Below, in pieces: positions 1 through 7,657 of a stretch of 39,251 bases of DNA. The stretch's first letter is position 1. Each line of letters starts with the position of its first letter. The stretch covers positions 1-39,251 of IMG/VR virus record IMGVR_UViG_3300037461_000497, one strand, 5' to 3'. Source of the DNA: a virus (taxonomy: Duplodnaviria > Caudoviricetes). Both the position numbers and the translations under genes were made by a program. The notes beneath the pieces are model-generated. The model was not told the DNA's origin. It made no database searches and saw only the letters and a program-made list of their open reading frames with translations.

Positions 1-127
1 CGTCGGCCATGTTTGCCTCGCTAGTTAAATGCCTCGTTGACGGCCTGCCAGTGCTCCAGCGCCGCCGCCTGTTCTGCCGGCGTGCCGTGCCGGCTGATGT
101 AGCGGAGCATGAAGGCCAGGAACTCCA
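1..127. repeat. Terminal direct repeat, left copy (identical to 39125-39251)
   Basis: CGTCGGCCATG...GAACTCCA occurs at both ends; the ORF starting at 39134 has its ATG at 8-10, so genes read across the junction. Confidence 0.95.
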
Positions 128-155
128 ACAGCGCCTCACGCTCCTCTGCGCTCAT
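21..155 (-). CDS. Hypothetical 44-aa protein (MSAEEREALL...)
   Basis: ATG overlaps the endolysin stop (ATGA); GGAAGG upstream. Confidence 0.55.
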   Translation of the reverse strand: MSAEEREALLEFLAFMLRYISRHGTPAEQAAALEHWQAVNEAFN

Positions 156-817
156 CGGATGCCTTCCTTCCTGGCCTCCAGGCGCGCATAAAGGGCCAGG
201 GCCGCGCCTGCGAGTGCGACGCCGATCAGCACCCAGCGCGCAATCTCTGGCCAAATCGGTGTGACGATGGTTGCCGCGTCCGCAGCCTGCGGCAGTACCT
301 CGGTCGCCGTCTCGATGATCGCTCCGGCCACCGCCGCTCCGCCGGCCATGACGCTGCCGCGCGTGGTGCGCGACTGTGACAGCGGCTTGGACAGCGACCA
401 TCCGGCTTCCCACACGGCATCGTCCAGCCAGTTGCCGTTCGCCGTGCCGGCCGGAGCCGGCCCGCACTCCATCAAGCACATGGCCTTGAGTAGCGGCAGC
501 ATGGTCGCCTTGTCGTGACCGTCGATTGTCGTTCCGGCCTGGAACCCGGTCTTTCTGGCGACGAAGCCGATGTAGTTCTCAACGTTGTTTTCGGTGGCCG
601 GCGCCCAGGCGCTGATGATCTGCCGCAACGTGTCGAGTCCGCGCTTGTTGTAGTTTCGAATGATGAGAATCGCTGCGCGCACGCCCCACTGGGGTTCGAC
701 GAAGCGGCAGAACCGGCCGTCAGACGGCGGCGAGTCCAGTCCCTGCCACGGGTTGTTCGCGTGGTAGTCGATATTCAACGGGTTGTTGTTGCGGATGCCG
801 CGCGGCGTCTCACTCAT
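152..817 (-). CDS. Probable endolysin (RGIRNNNPLNI lysozyme-like family) with hydrophobic C-terminal segments
   Basis: MSETPRGIRNNNPLNI...WAPATENNV motifs; AGGAG RBS; ATGA overlap; C-terminal WVLIGVALAGAALALY. Confidence 0.75.
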   Translation of the reverse strand: MSETPRGIRNNNPLNIDYHANNPWQGLDSPPSDGRFCRFVEPQWGVRAAILIIRNYNKRGLDTLRQIISAWAPATENNVENYIGFVARKTGFQAGTTIDGHDKATMLPLLKAMCLMECGPAPAGTANGNWLDDAVWEAGWSLSKPLSQSRTTRGSVMAGGAAVAGAIIETATEVLPQAADAATIVTPIWPEIARWVLIGVALAGAALALYARLEARKEGIR

Positions 818-1248
818 CGTCTTGACTCCTTGCACGCCGCCAGCCGCTCGCATAGCCGGTCCTGCTCGGCCTTGATGTGGCCGAGGCGGTCCTCGATCCG
901 ATCCACCATGCGCTCCAGGTCGTTGACCTTGGTGGCCACGCTGTCGAGCGCCGGATTGAGCCTGGGCGGCCTCATCTCTTGCTCGCGGAGGCGACGGTCG
1001 AGTTCGTCCATGCGTTGCCAGTGCCGGTCGCCGTCGTGGGCGGTGAAGCGGCCGCCTGGGCTTCGGAAGGCCTCCAGGTCAGCGCGTAGCCGCTCAAGCT
1101 CGGCAGTGACATAGCCAAAGCGCACTGCGCTAGCACTAGACAGGTCACGCCAAGCCACAACAACTGACGCTGCGCCCGTGAGAAGTGCCAGGACGATCCC
1201 GGTGGCAAGTGCTGGCCCGGCTTTGTCGAGGACTGCGGCGATGCCCAC
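814..1248 (-). CDS. Membrane-anchored coiled-coil protein, holin/antiholin candidate
   Basis: One N-terminal hydrophobic segment (ALATGIVLALLTGAASVVVAW) then heptad repeats; directly upstream of the endolysin. Confidence 0.5.
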   Translation of the reverse strand: MGIAAVLDKAGPALATGIVLALLTGAASVVVAWRDLSSASAVRFGYVTAELERLRADLEAFRSPGGRFTAHDGDRHWQRMDELDRRLREQEMRPPRLNPALDSVATKVNDLERMVDRIEDRLGHIKAEQDRLCERLAACKESRR

Positions 1249-1249
1249 A

Positions 1250-1303
1250 TCATCTGCCTCTGCGGCCCGAGCCGCCCTTGCGCTTCTTGCCTTTGCACGG
1301 CAT
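1250..1303 (-). CDS. 17-aa highly basic peptide MPCKGKKRKGGSGRRGR
   Basis: GGAGG RBS just after the portal stop; fills the gap between portal and the next gene. Confidence 0.45.
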   Translation of the reverse strand: MPCKGKKRKGGSGRRGR

Positions 1304-1311
1304 ACCGCCTC

Positions 1312-3684
1312 CTAGTGAATCCGCACCGGACGCCCTTCGGCGTCGCGCTCGACCATGCGCCCGCCGACGCGCGCGATGCGCCCGTCCTCACCACGCTCGA
1401 TCTCCAGCGGCTGCGACCGCTCCTGCTCCAGTTGCGTGATGGTCTGCGTCAGCGCCTCGATCTTGTCGTACAGGCTGGCCGTCATCTCGCCATCCTGCTG
1501 CTGGCCCTGCTGCTGCTCGGCCTGCATCTGCGCCTGCTGCGCCTGCAGGCCCTGCAACTGCAGCTTCACCGCGGCGTCGAGCTGCGCCTTGTACGCTTCG
1601 AGCGCGCGATCCTTCTCGGCCTCCAGCAGGTCGATGCGCTGCTGGATGCGCGTCGCCGCGGCGTCGCTGTAGGTCTTGGCGGCGCTGGCCTGCGCGTTCA
1701 TCACTTGCGACCGCTCGTCCACCACCTGCTTCTGCAGCGCCGCGTTGGCCTTGAGCTGGTCGATCTGCGACTTGAGGTCCGACTCCTTGGCGCGCATCGC
1801 CACGTCCACCTGCTTGATCTGGCCGTCCTGCTGCAGCTTGGCGGCGTCGAGCTGCAGGCGCTGCTGATCGAGCTGCAGCTTGGCCTGCTCGATCTGGCTC
1901 TTCATCTGCATCTCGATCATCTTCGGGTCCGGCGGCGGCGGCGGTGGCGGCGGCATCTGCGCCGGGTCGGCGAAGTACAGCGACGGGTCCTTGAGGCCCA
2001 GCACCTCGCACAACTCGGCGGCGGTGCGGTACAGGTGCTGCGGCGTGATCAGTTGGCCCATCGCGCCGAACTGCAGGTAGGCATTCTGCAGCGCCATCAC
2101 CTGCTGCAGCGCGGCCTGCCGCTGCACCTTGGAGGTGTTGCCCACGCCGATGGTCACGCGCAGGTTCTCGCGCTGCCGCCACTCGCTGGGGTTGACCGGC
2201 ACCCACTGGTTGCGCAGCTTGACGACCTCGGCCCGCTTCTGGTTCTGCGACAGCAGGCGGTGGACGCGCAGGAACAGCGACTTGACGCCGGTTTCGGCGA
2301 AGATGCGCGCGATCAGCTCGATGCGCATGCGCGCCGCGTCGTAGGCCTGCGCGAGCGCCGTGGTCTGGGTTTGCGCCAGGGAGGCGGCGTCGAGGCCCAT
2401 CACCTCGTCGCCCACGCCCGTGCGCTGGCGCAGCACGCCGTCCATGTACTCTAACATCCCAAACGCTTCGGTCGGCGGCGTTGGCGTGGCCAACGGCTGA
2501 ACGTGGCCGCTCACGTCGGGCGCCTCGGTGTCGATGCGCACGATGCCGCCCGGCCGCGCGTCGGTCAGGTCTTCCAGGTTGGCGCGGTTGCTGGCCGCCA
2601 GCCGGCCGTTGTTGGCCAGGTACAGGTTGTCGAGGATGCCGCGCAGCAGCGCCGTCTTAATCTCCTGGATGTCCATCACGAGGTCGGCAATGGACAGGCC
2701 GAAGAACTTGTGCGTGATCGGCACCGGGCACAGCGCGACGAACGGGATGGCGTCCGCGTCCTCCACGTCCAGCAACTTGAAGCTGCCCGACTCGCCGGCC
2801 AGGGTGACCTTGAGCAGTTCGTCGATGCCGTCGTCGTTGCGGTCCACGCGGACGTAGCACTCGATGACCGGGATCTTCTCTAGCCGGTCGTCGCCTTCCA
2901 GGTCGTCGTCGGTCTTGTCGTAGCGCGCCAGCTCCTCCTCGTCGGCCGCGGCCTCGCCGGACGGCAGCGCCTCGACGGTGGCGCGGTCGTAGCCGGCCTC
3001 CAGAAGCTGGCTGCGCGTCATCTCGGTTTTGTGGTAGGCGAACTGCGCCTCGGCCGGGTCGTAGCTGTGGGTGCGCGCGTCGATGCCGAACTCTTCCGGC
3101 GGCACGCACTCGATGGCCGCCTTGCCGCAGGTGGTGGTGGCGGCGAACACGACGTTGAGGCTGCCGTCCAGGTTGCGCTCGAAGTCCAGCACCTCGCGCT
3201 GCACCGCCGGGTCCTGCAGCAGCGCGGCCAGCTCGATCTCCATCAGGTTGCGGTAGGCCTCGCGCTCGGTGCGCTCGTCGTCCTGCCACGTCACCTTGGC
3301 AATGCCGACCTTGGACAGCAGCGCGTCCTTGAACAGCGTGTACAGGCGCATGAAGCCGGGATTGCGCTCGTACACCTCGTAGCGCACGCGGTCGGTTTCC
3401 TGCTGCGCCTGCGCCTCGTCCTCGGGACCGCGCGGCACGAACTCGACGGCGTTGTCGGCGTCGAAGAAGATCCGCATGAGGCTGGGCAGAATCCACTCGA
3501 TGGTGTCGGCCACCTCGCGCGTGCGGACCTGGCTGCGGCCTTCCGTCTCGTTGCCGTAGGCGTCGCCGAGATAGCGGCCCATCGCCTCCGCGCGCTCGCT
3601 GGCGATCTGGCCCGAGTCGCCGCCCAGGCAGGCGTCGATTTCGGTCTGACAGAGGGCGACCAGCTCGTCGTCACGCATCTTCAT
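1312..3684 (-). CDS. Portal protein (P22/SU10-like) with long Gln-rich coiled-coil C-terminus
   Basis: GRSQVRTREVADTIEWILPSLMRIF, VPPEEF, FFGLSIADLVMDIQ motifs; follows terminase. Confidence 0.9.
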   Translation of the reverse strand: MKMRDDELVALCQTEIDACLGGDSGQIASERAEAMGRYLGDAYGNETEGRSQVRTREVADTIEWILPSLMRIFFDADNAVEFVPRGPEDEAQAQQETDRVRYEVYERNPGFMRLYTLFKDALLSKVGIAKVTWQDDERTEREAYRNLMEIELAALLQDPAVQREVLDFERNLDGSLNVVFAATTTCGKAAIECVPPEEFGIDARTHSYDPAEAQFAYHKTEMTRSQLLEAGYDRATVEALPSGEAAADEEELARYDKTDDDLEGDDRLEKIPVIECYVRVDRNDDGIDELLKVTLAGESGSFKLLDVEDADAIPFVALCPVPITHKFFGLSIADLVMDIQEIKTALLRGILDNLYLANNGRLAASNRANLEDLTDARPGGIVRIDTEAPDVSGHVQPLATPTPPTEAFGMLEYMDGVLRQRTGVGDEVMGLDAASLAQTQTTALAQAYDAARMRIELIARIFAETGVKSLFLRVHRLLSQNQKRAEVVKLRNQWVPVNPSEWRQRENLRVTIGVGNTSKVQRQAALQQVMALQNAYLQFGAMGQLITPQHLYRTAAELCEVLGLKDPSLYFADPAQMPPPPPPPPDPKMIEMQMKSQIEQAKLQLDQQRLQLDAAKLQQDGQIKQVDVAMRAKESDLKSQIDQLKANAALQKQVVDERSQVMNAQASAAKTYSDAAATRIQQRIDLLEAEKDRALEAYKAQLDAAVKLQLQGLQAQQAQMQAEQQQGQQQDGEMTASLYDKIEALTQTITQLEQERSQPLEIERGEDGRIARVGGRMVERDAEGRPVRIH

Positions 3685-3836
3685 GCCGCTTTCCTCGGCC
3701 GGCCCGGCCCGCGCCGTGCCTGCAGCTTCGACTCAAGTTCCGCCACACGCTGCTCCAGTTGAGCGATGCGCGTGAGTGGGTCTTGCTGCAGGAGGGTCGC
3801 GAGTTCCTTGAGCTGGCGCTGCTGTTCGAAGGTCAT
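3681..3836 (-). CDS. 51-aa coiled-coil protein with C-terminal AT-hook-like motif (RRGPGRPRK)
   Basis: ATGA overlaps with terL stop and portal start. Confidence 0.6.
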   Translation of the reverse strand: MTFEQQRQLKELATLLQQDPLTRIAQLEQRVAELESKLQARRGPGRPRKAA

Positions 3837-5092
3837 ATGACGTTGAGCTTCTTGTACGGGATCGGTCCCATGCGCTTGGCGTCCGGCAGGCGGTGCATGG
3901 CGAACTGCCGGAAGGCGTCCGCGCTGTGGCTGGTCCAGTCGTGGACCGGCGCGGTGCGCAGGGTGCGGTGCTTGGCGTCGTAGCCGGCGCGGTAGTTGCG
4001 CAGGCAGTCGAGGCCGCGGGCGGTCTTCCTGGCGTCGAACCAGCAGCGCGGCAGCAGGTTGCGCACGGCCTCGATGCCGTCCTCGACGCGGTGCTGCGGC
4101 AGCACGGTGGCGCGGATGCCGAGACTGAGCAGCGCCTCGACGCGACTCTTGCCGGACTGCAGCTCGCGCGCCGCGGCGTCGTGCGGCAGGATGTGCTGCT
4201 CGTACACGTACGGCTGCGCCTTCAGCCACTGCGCGTAGTGCGACAGCGGCTGCGACTCGGCCTCGTAGTGGTCGATGACGTGGACTTCCTTGCCGACCGT
4301 CTGCAGCACCCAGATGGCGGTGCTGTCGCCGATGCCCAGGTCCCAGGCGGTGTAGGTCTTGGCGTGCGAGTCCCACGGCACGCCGCCGATGCGGCCGTCC
4401 TGCTCCAGGCGCTCGATGAGGCGGCCGTAGTAGGCGCCGGGTATCGCCGCCGTCCAACTGCACTCGAACTCCTGCGCGTACTGCTCTTCCGACATCGCGC
4501 GGCGCGCAGCGTCCAGTTCCTCGGCGTCGATCAGGCCGGTCGTGCTGGCGCGCAGCAGCAGCCGGGACCAGCCGGGCTCGGTGCCGGCCAGGGTGTACAG
4601 GCGGTGAAAGTCGTTCTGGCCGAGCGGCGTGCCGATGAACACGGCCCAGCCCTTGCGGTCGGCGAGCTGCGGGCGGATGACTTCGCCCCAGGCGCGTGGG
4701 TCCATCTGCGCCACCTCGTCGAGCACCACGCCGTCGAGGTAGGTGCCTCTCAAGGCGTCCGGGTTGTCGGCGCCGGCCAGGCGGATGCGTGCGCCGTTGG
4801 GCAGATCGACGCGCAGCTCACTGAGGTTCACCTCGCGGCCGGGGATGTCGGCGCTCATGCGCAGCAGGTAGTCCCAGGCGACTTCCTTGGCCTGCGAGCG
4901 GAACGGCGCCACGAACAGGTAGCGCGCGTCGGGCTTGTCGCTGGCGCTCAGCGCGGCGTGCAGCAGGCGCTGGATGGCCGCCACGGTCTTGCCGGCGCGG
5001 CGGTGGGCGACCACGACCGCGAAGCGCGTCGGGTGCTCGAACAGCGGCAGGAACGGCGTCCTGACCTCGATCTCGGCCACGAGCTCAGGCAT
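3833..5092 (-). CDS. terL: Terminase large subunit
   Basis: AHRRAGKT Walker A, VVLDE Walker B, GTP coupling motif, nuclease AWDLG...DST and HSADAFR. Confidence 0.95.
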   Translation of the reverse strand: MPELVAEIEVRTPFLPLFEHPTRFAVVVAHRRAGKTVAAIQRLLHAALSASDKPDARYLFVAPFRSQAKEVAWDYLLRMSADIPGREVNLSELRVDLPNGARIRLAGADNPDALRGTYLDGVVLDEVAQMDPRAWGEVIRPQLADRKGWAVFIGTPLGQNDFHRLYTLAGTEPGWSRLLLRASTTGLIDAEELDAARRAMSEEQYAQEFECSWTAAIPGAYYGRLIERLEQDGRIGGVPWDSHAKTYTAWDLGIGDSTAIWVLQTVGKEVHVIDHYEAESQPLSHYAQWLKAQPYVYEQHILPHDAAARELQSGKSRVEALLSLGIRATVLPQHRVEDGIEAVRNLLPRCWFDARKTARGLDCLRNYRAGYDAKHRTLRTAPVHDWTSHSADAFRQFAMHRLPDAKRMGPIPYKKLNVI

Positions 5093-5339
5093 GGGGGACG
5101 ATGCGCACCGTGACCTGGAGCGGGCTGGTCTCGTCGCCGGTCACCTCGACGGCCTTGAGCTGCGGCGTCACGTACTTGGCGACTTCCTTGGCGGCGTTGA
5201 AGCGCAAGTCGATGGTCTGGCTGTCGTCGTTGGCGATCTCGGCCATTTGCACGACCGGGTGCCAGCCTGGAAACTTCTCGTTGAGCAGCGCGAGCAGTGC
5301 GCGCTTCGGCTTGGTAGGGACGCCGGCCGGTCTTCCCAT
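5085..5339 (-). CDS. terS: Terminase small subunit (probable)
   Basis: MGRPAGVP N-terminus, AAKEVAKYVTPQLKAVEVTG; overlaps terL start. Confidence 0.7.
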   Translation of the reverse strand: MGRPAGVPTKPKRALLALLNEKFPGWHPVVQMAEIANDDSQTIDLRFNAAKEVAKYVTPQLKAVEVTGDETSPLQVTVRIVPHA

Positions 5340-5405
5340 ACTAAATTCGTCAACCTCTTGACCGATCTGCCAAATTGGCAGGTGCCATTTTGTCAGGTGG
5401 CGGGC

Positions 5406-5431
5406 AATAAAAAGCCCGCGCTAGGCGGGCT
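5406..5431 (-). terminator. Rho-independent terminator, tR'-like
   Basis: AGCCCGC-CTAGC-GCGGGCT stem followed by TTTTATT, between late promoter and terS. Confidence 0.8.
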
Positions 5432-5498
5432 AAGTACTCTCTCGGAAGGGTGATCGAGGAGAGCCAGGGGGCTAGTGGCACCTGTCCTGACTAGCGAT

Positions 5499-5526
5499 AC
5501 CGTAGCAGTTTTGTGCGCACTGTCAA
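5499..5526 (-). promoter_or_regulatory. Late promoter, pR'-like
   Basis: TTGACA-16-TACGGT downstream of the Q-like gene; second TTGACA at 5529-5534. Confidence 0.55.
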
Positions 5527-5547
5527 GATGTCAAACGGTTCTGGCTT

Positions 5548-5563
5548 GGTTCCACGTGGAACA
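5548..5563. promoter_or_regulatory. parS: parS-type palindrome (TGTTCCACGTGGAACC on minus strand)
   Basis: Matches the bacterial chromosomal parS consensus TGTTYCACGTGRAACM; intergenic. Confidence 0.8.
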
Positions 5564-5573
5564 TGCCATTTTG

Positions 5574-5942
5574 TCAGGTGTCGCGGGTCAGCCGGCCGAG
5601 CAGCCACCAGTGGGCGTTCTCGACCGTGTGGTACAGCTGCCGCTTGCCCTTGCCGGCGCGTTCGCGCCACAGGGATTCCTGACCTTGGCGGTCAATATCC
5701 TCGACGTACCTGACCTGGACGGCGAGCTTCAGGCTAGGCGGCATGTCGCGGATGGCCCTGTCGAGGTCTAGGAGTCGCTCTGGGACGAGAACGTCCGGGA
5801 CCAGGGTGGTGGGGCGCCCTGGCGCTCTCGCCTCCCCTGCGCGGCTCTCGGCGGTTCTGGCAGGGTACGACAGGCAGGAGCGGTGGAGCTGCCGGCACCA
5901 GGCGCCCCAGTCGGCCAGCAGGATGTCGAGGGCGCGGATCAC
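5574..5942 (-). CDS. Q-like late antiterminator/activator
   Basis: LLADWGAW N-terminus and DRAIRDMP...VQVRY HTH-like C-terminus; sits before promoter plus terminator. Confidence 0.65.
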   Translation of the reverse strand: MIRALDILLADWGAWCRQLHRSCLSYPARTAESRAGEARAPGRPTTLVPDVLVPERLLDLDRAIRDMPPSLKLAVQVRYVEDIDRQGQESLWRERAGKGKRQLYHTVENAHWWLLGRLTRDT

Positions 5943-6184
5943 TGCCAGGGGCGGTAGGCCCACAGCGGGCAGGGGGCGCTGCTACCTGGACCACTGGTGC
6001 AATCGCGCACGGTATCGCGCGCGCCCTCGCCGAGCCCGCCGACGCACTCTACGCACTTATTGCGGATTACCGCCCGTAGAACCGTCACAGTGGGCAGGGG
6101 CGGTAGGTCACCCCTCCTACGCGCTTCCGCGCGCTCCTGGCGAGCTTTCACTGCGGTTGCTTGGCGCTCTCGGATGTGAATCAT
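5939..6184 (-). CDS. Small Zn-binding hypothetical protein
   Basis: KCVEC...VRDC...CPLWAYR; coupled stops and starts. Confidence 0.65.
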   Translation of the reverse strand: MIHIRERQATAVKARQERAEARRRGDLPPLPTVTVLRAVIRNKCVECVGGLGEGARDTVRDCTSGPGSSAPCPLWAYRPWQ

Positions 6185-6588
6185 GCTGCCTCCTTGGGTC
6201 CGGTTGTGAGATTGGCCAGTCCGACCGTGATGGCGCCGCCCTTGACCGGCTGACCGCGCAGGATCGCCAGCTTGTCGATCTGGCCGTCGTCCGGGATGGC
6301 GCCGCCTTTCACCAGCGCGTCGAGAACGGACTTGAGCAAATTGTCGAGGTCGCGCTTGCGCCGATCCGGCGGCCGGGCGTGGATCACGACCTCGATGCGG
6401 TCCAGGTCGCCGAAGGCCGGCAGGCGCTCGATCTGCACGAGGCGGCGCACCAGCGCGTGGTAGTCCCGTGCCTGCTTGGACAGCAGGATTCGCGGCCTGC
6501 CGTTGATCTGGACGCTGCGGTAGAGCTGGTTGGTGGACGGCGGCCAGGGGAGGTCGAGGAAGCGCAGATCCTGCAGGTTGGTGATCAC
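6181..6588 (-). CDS. rusA: RusA Holliday junction resolvase
   Basis: LPWPPSTN, PPDRRKRDLDNLLKSVLDAL, DDGQI. Confidence 0.92.
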   Translation of the reverse strand: MITNLQDLRFLDLPWPPSTNQLYRSVQINGRPRILLSKQARDYHALVRRLVQIERLPAFGDLDRIEVVIHARPPDRRKRDLDNLLKSVLDALVKGGAIPDDGQIDKLAILRGQPVKGGAITVGLANLTTGPKEAA

Positions 6589-7343
6589 GGGTGGCTGGCC
6601 TCGTACTGCGCCTGCAGGCGGGCCACGTAGGCGTCCAGGGACTCGCCGCGCTTGGCCGGTGCCTGGTGCGCGCGTCCCCAGGCTTCCCACTGCTCGCGCG
6701 TGCGTGGCCGGGTGCCGTTGCCGGCCTTGCCGTTGGCCTGCTGGCGCCGCACCCAGTTGCGGACGGCGGCCTGCCAGTCCTTCATGGGGGTGTTGCCGAT
6801 CCGCCAGCCTTTGGCGGTGTAGAAATCCACGAAGGCGGCGGCGTCGATATCGAGTCCTTTCTCCTTGGCAAAGTTATCCACAGCTTCGACGGACGGCGGC
6901 GCGAAGCGACGCCTTACACATACGTCAGTATGTGTATTGGCTAGTGGATAGTGGCTAGGGTTTCGGTTGGGTTCGCTAATCGGTTTCTTTTCGCAAACCG
7001 AATCAGAAACCGAATCGGTTTTTTTTGGTCTGCCCCCTCGCTTTCCCAACTCAATATTGACTTCTCTTTGCTTGGCAGCCCGTTCAATTTCTTCCGCGCC
7101 ACGGCCGTTAGTCCATCCGTGCGGTCCTGGCGTCCAGAATTGGTCGAGGATAGCCTTCACCGCCTCGACTTCAATACGTGTGGTGGCGCGAATGATCCGG
7201 CAGATCACCGCAACGTCCGCCGGCAGCGGCGCCTCAGTAGCGTAATAGTGGTGCAGCATAAGCAGGTAGGTGCCGTGCTCAAGGATCGACAGGTGTGCCG
7301 TGGCCTTGGCGTAGTCGCCCAAATGGTGCTTATAAAAGTTCAT
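6585..7343 (-). CDS. Replication initiator, DUF1376/YdaU N-terminus with DnaT-like C-terminal domain
   Basis: MNFYKHHLGDYAKATAHLSILEHGTYLLML; FVDFYTAKGW...MKDWQAAVRNW; internal iterons. Confidence 0.85.
   Translation of the reverse strand: MNFYKHHLGDYAKATAHLSILEHGTYLLMLHHYYATEAPLPADVAVICRIIRATTRIEVEAVKAILDQFWTPGPHGWTNGRGAEEIERAAKQREVNIELGKRGGRPKKTDSVSDSVCEKKPISEPNRNPSHYPLANTHTDVCVRRRFAPPSVEAVDNFAKEKGLDIDAAAFVDFYTAKGWRIGNTPMKDWQAAVRNWVRRQQANGKAGNGTRPRTREQWEAWGRAHQAPAKRGESLDAYVARLQAQYEASHP
6874..7026. other. Putative replication origin
   Basis: AAACCGAATC at 6995 and 7007, inverted AATCGGTTT at 6978 and 7013; 9-bp inverted repeat 6915-6936; perfect DnaA box TTATCCACA 6874-6882. Confidence 0.65.
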
Positions 7344-7657
7344 GTTTTATCCCACCCATGCTTCCTTCGGAAAACAGCCCAGTTAAAATCATCTGGCCCC
7401 TTTCCAGAATTGCACCAAGCACATAAAGGCTGCAGGTTGTCTATGCCGTCAGATCCTCCGGCATATATCGGAATAATGTGGTCTTTCTCTATATAACAAT
7501 CGCCCCTTCCGCACCTCACGCAGCGATATTCAAACTCCTTCTTTATAGCCTCCCACTGTTCCTTCGTATGCGTGGCAATTTCCCTGGCACGCTTCAGCCT
7601 CTCTCGCCGTTTGATGGCATTATTTCGGAGCCTCTCAATATCAGAAACCATTCTCAT
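7340..7657 (-). CDS. HNH endonuclease
   Basis: CVRC...DHIIP..GG...NLQPLCAWCNSGK; low GC. Confidence 0.9.
   Translation of the reverse strand: MRMVSDIERLRNNAIKRRERLKRAREIATHTKEQWEAIKKEFEYRCVRCGRGDCYIEKDHIIPIYAGGSDGIDNLQPLCAWCNSGKGPDDFNWAVFRRKHGWDKT

Larger units (their letters stand above)
5368..5580. repeat. Four TGYCA-N3-TGKCA boxes (5368, 5383, 5521, 5564), including a 17-bp direct repeat TGCCATTTTGTCAGGTG at 5383-5399 and 5564-5580
   Basis: Read directly from the sequence. Confidence 0.7.

Noticed and set aside
1315-5113. Long plus-strand ORFs opposite portal and terL (similar ones at 16914-19101, 23787-26003, 30716-32038)
   Set aside because: Antisense shadows expected from high-GC codon bias; no motifs or RBS
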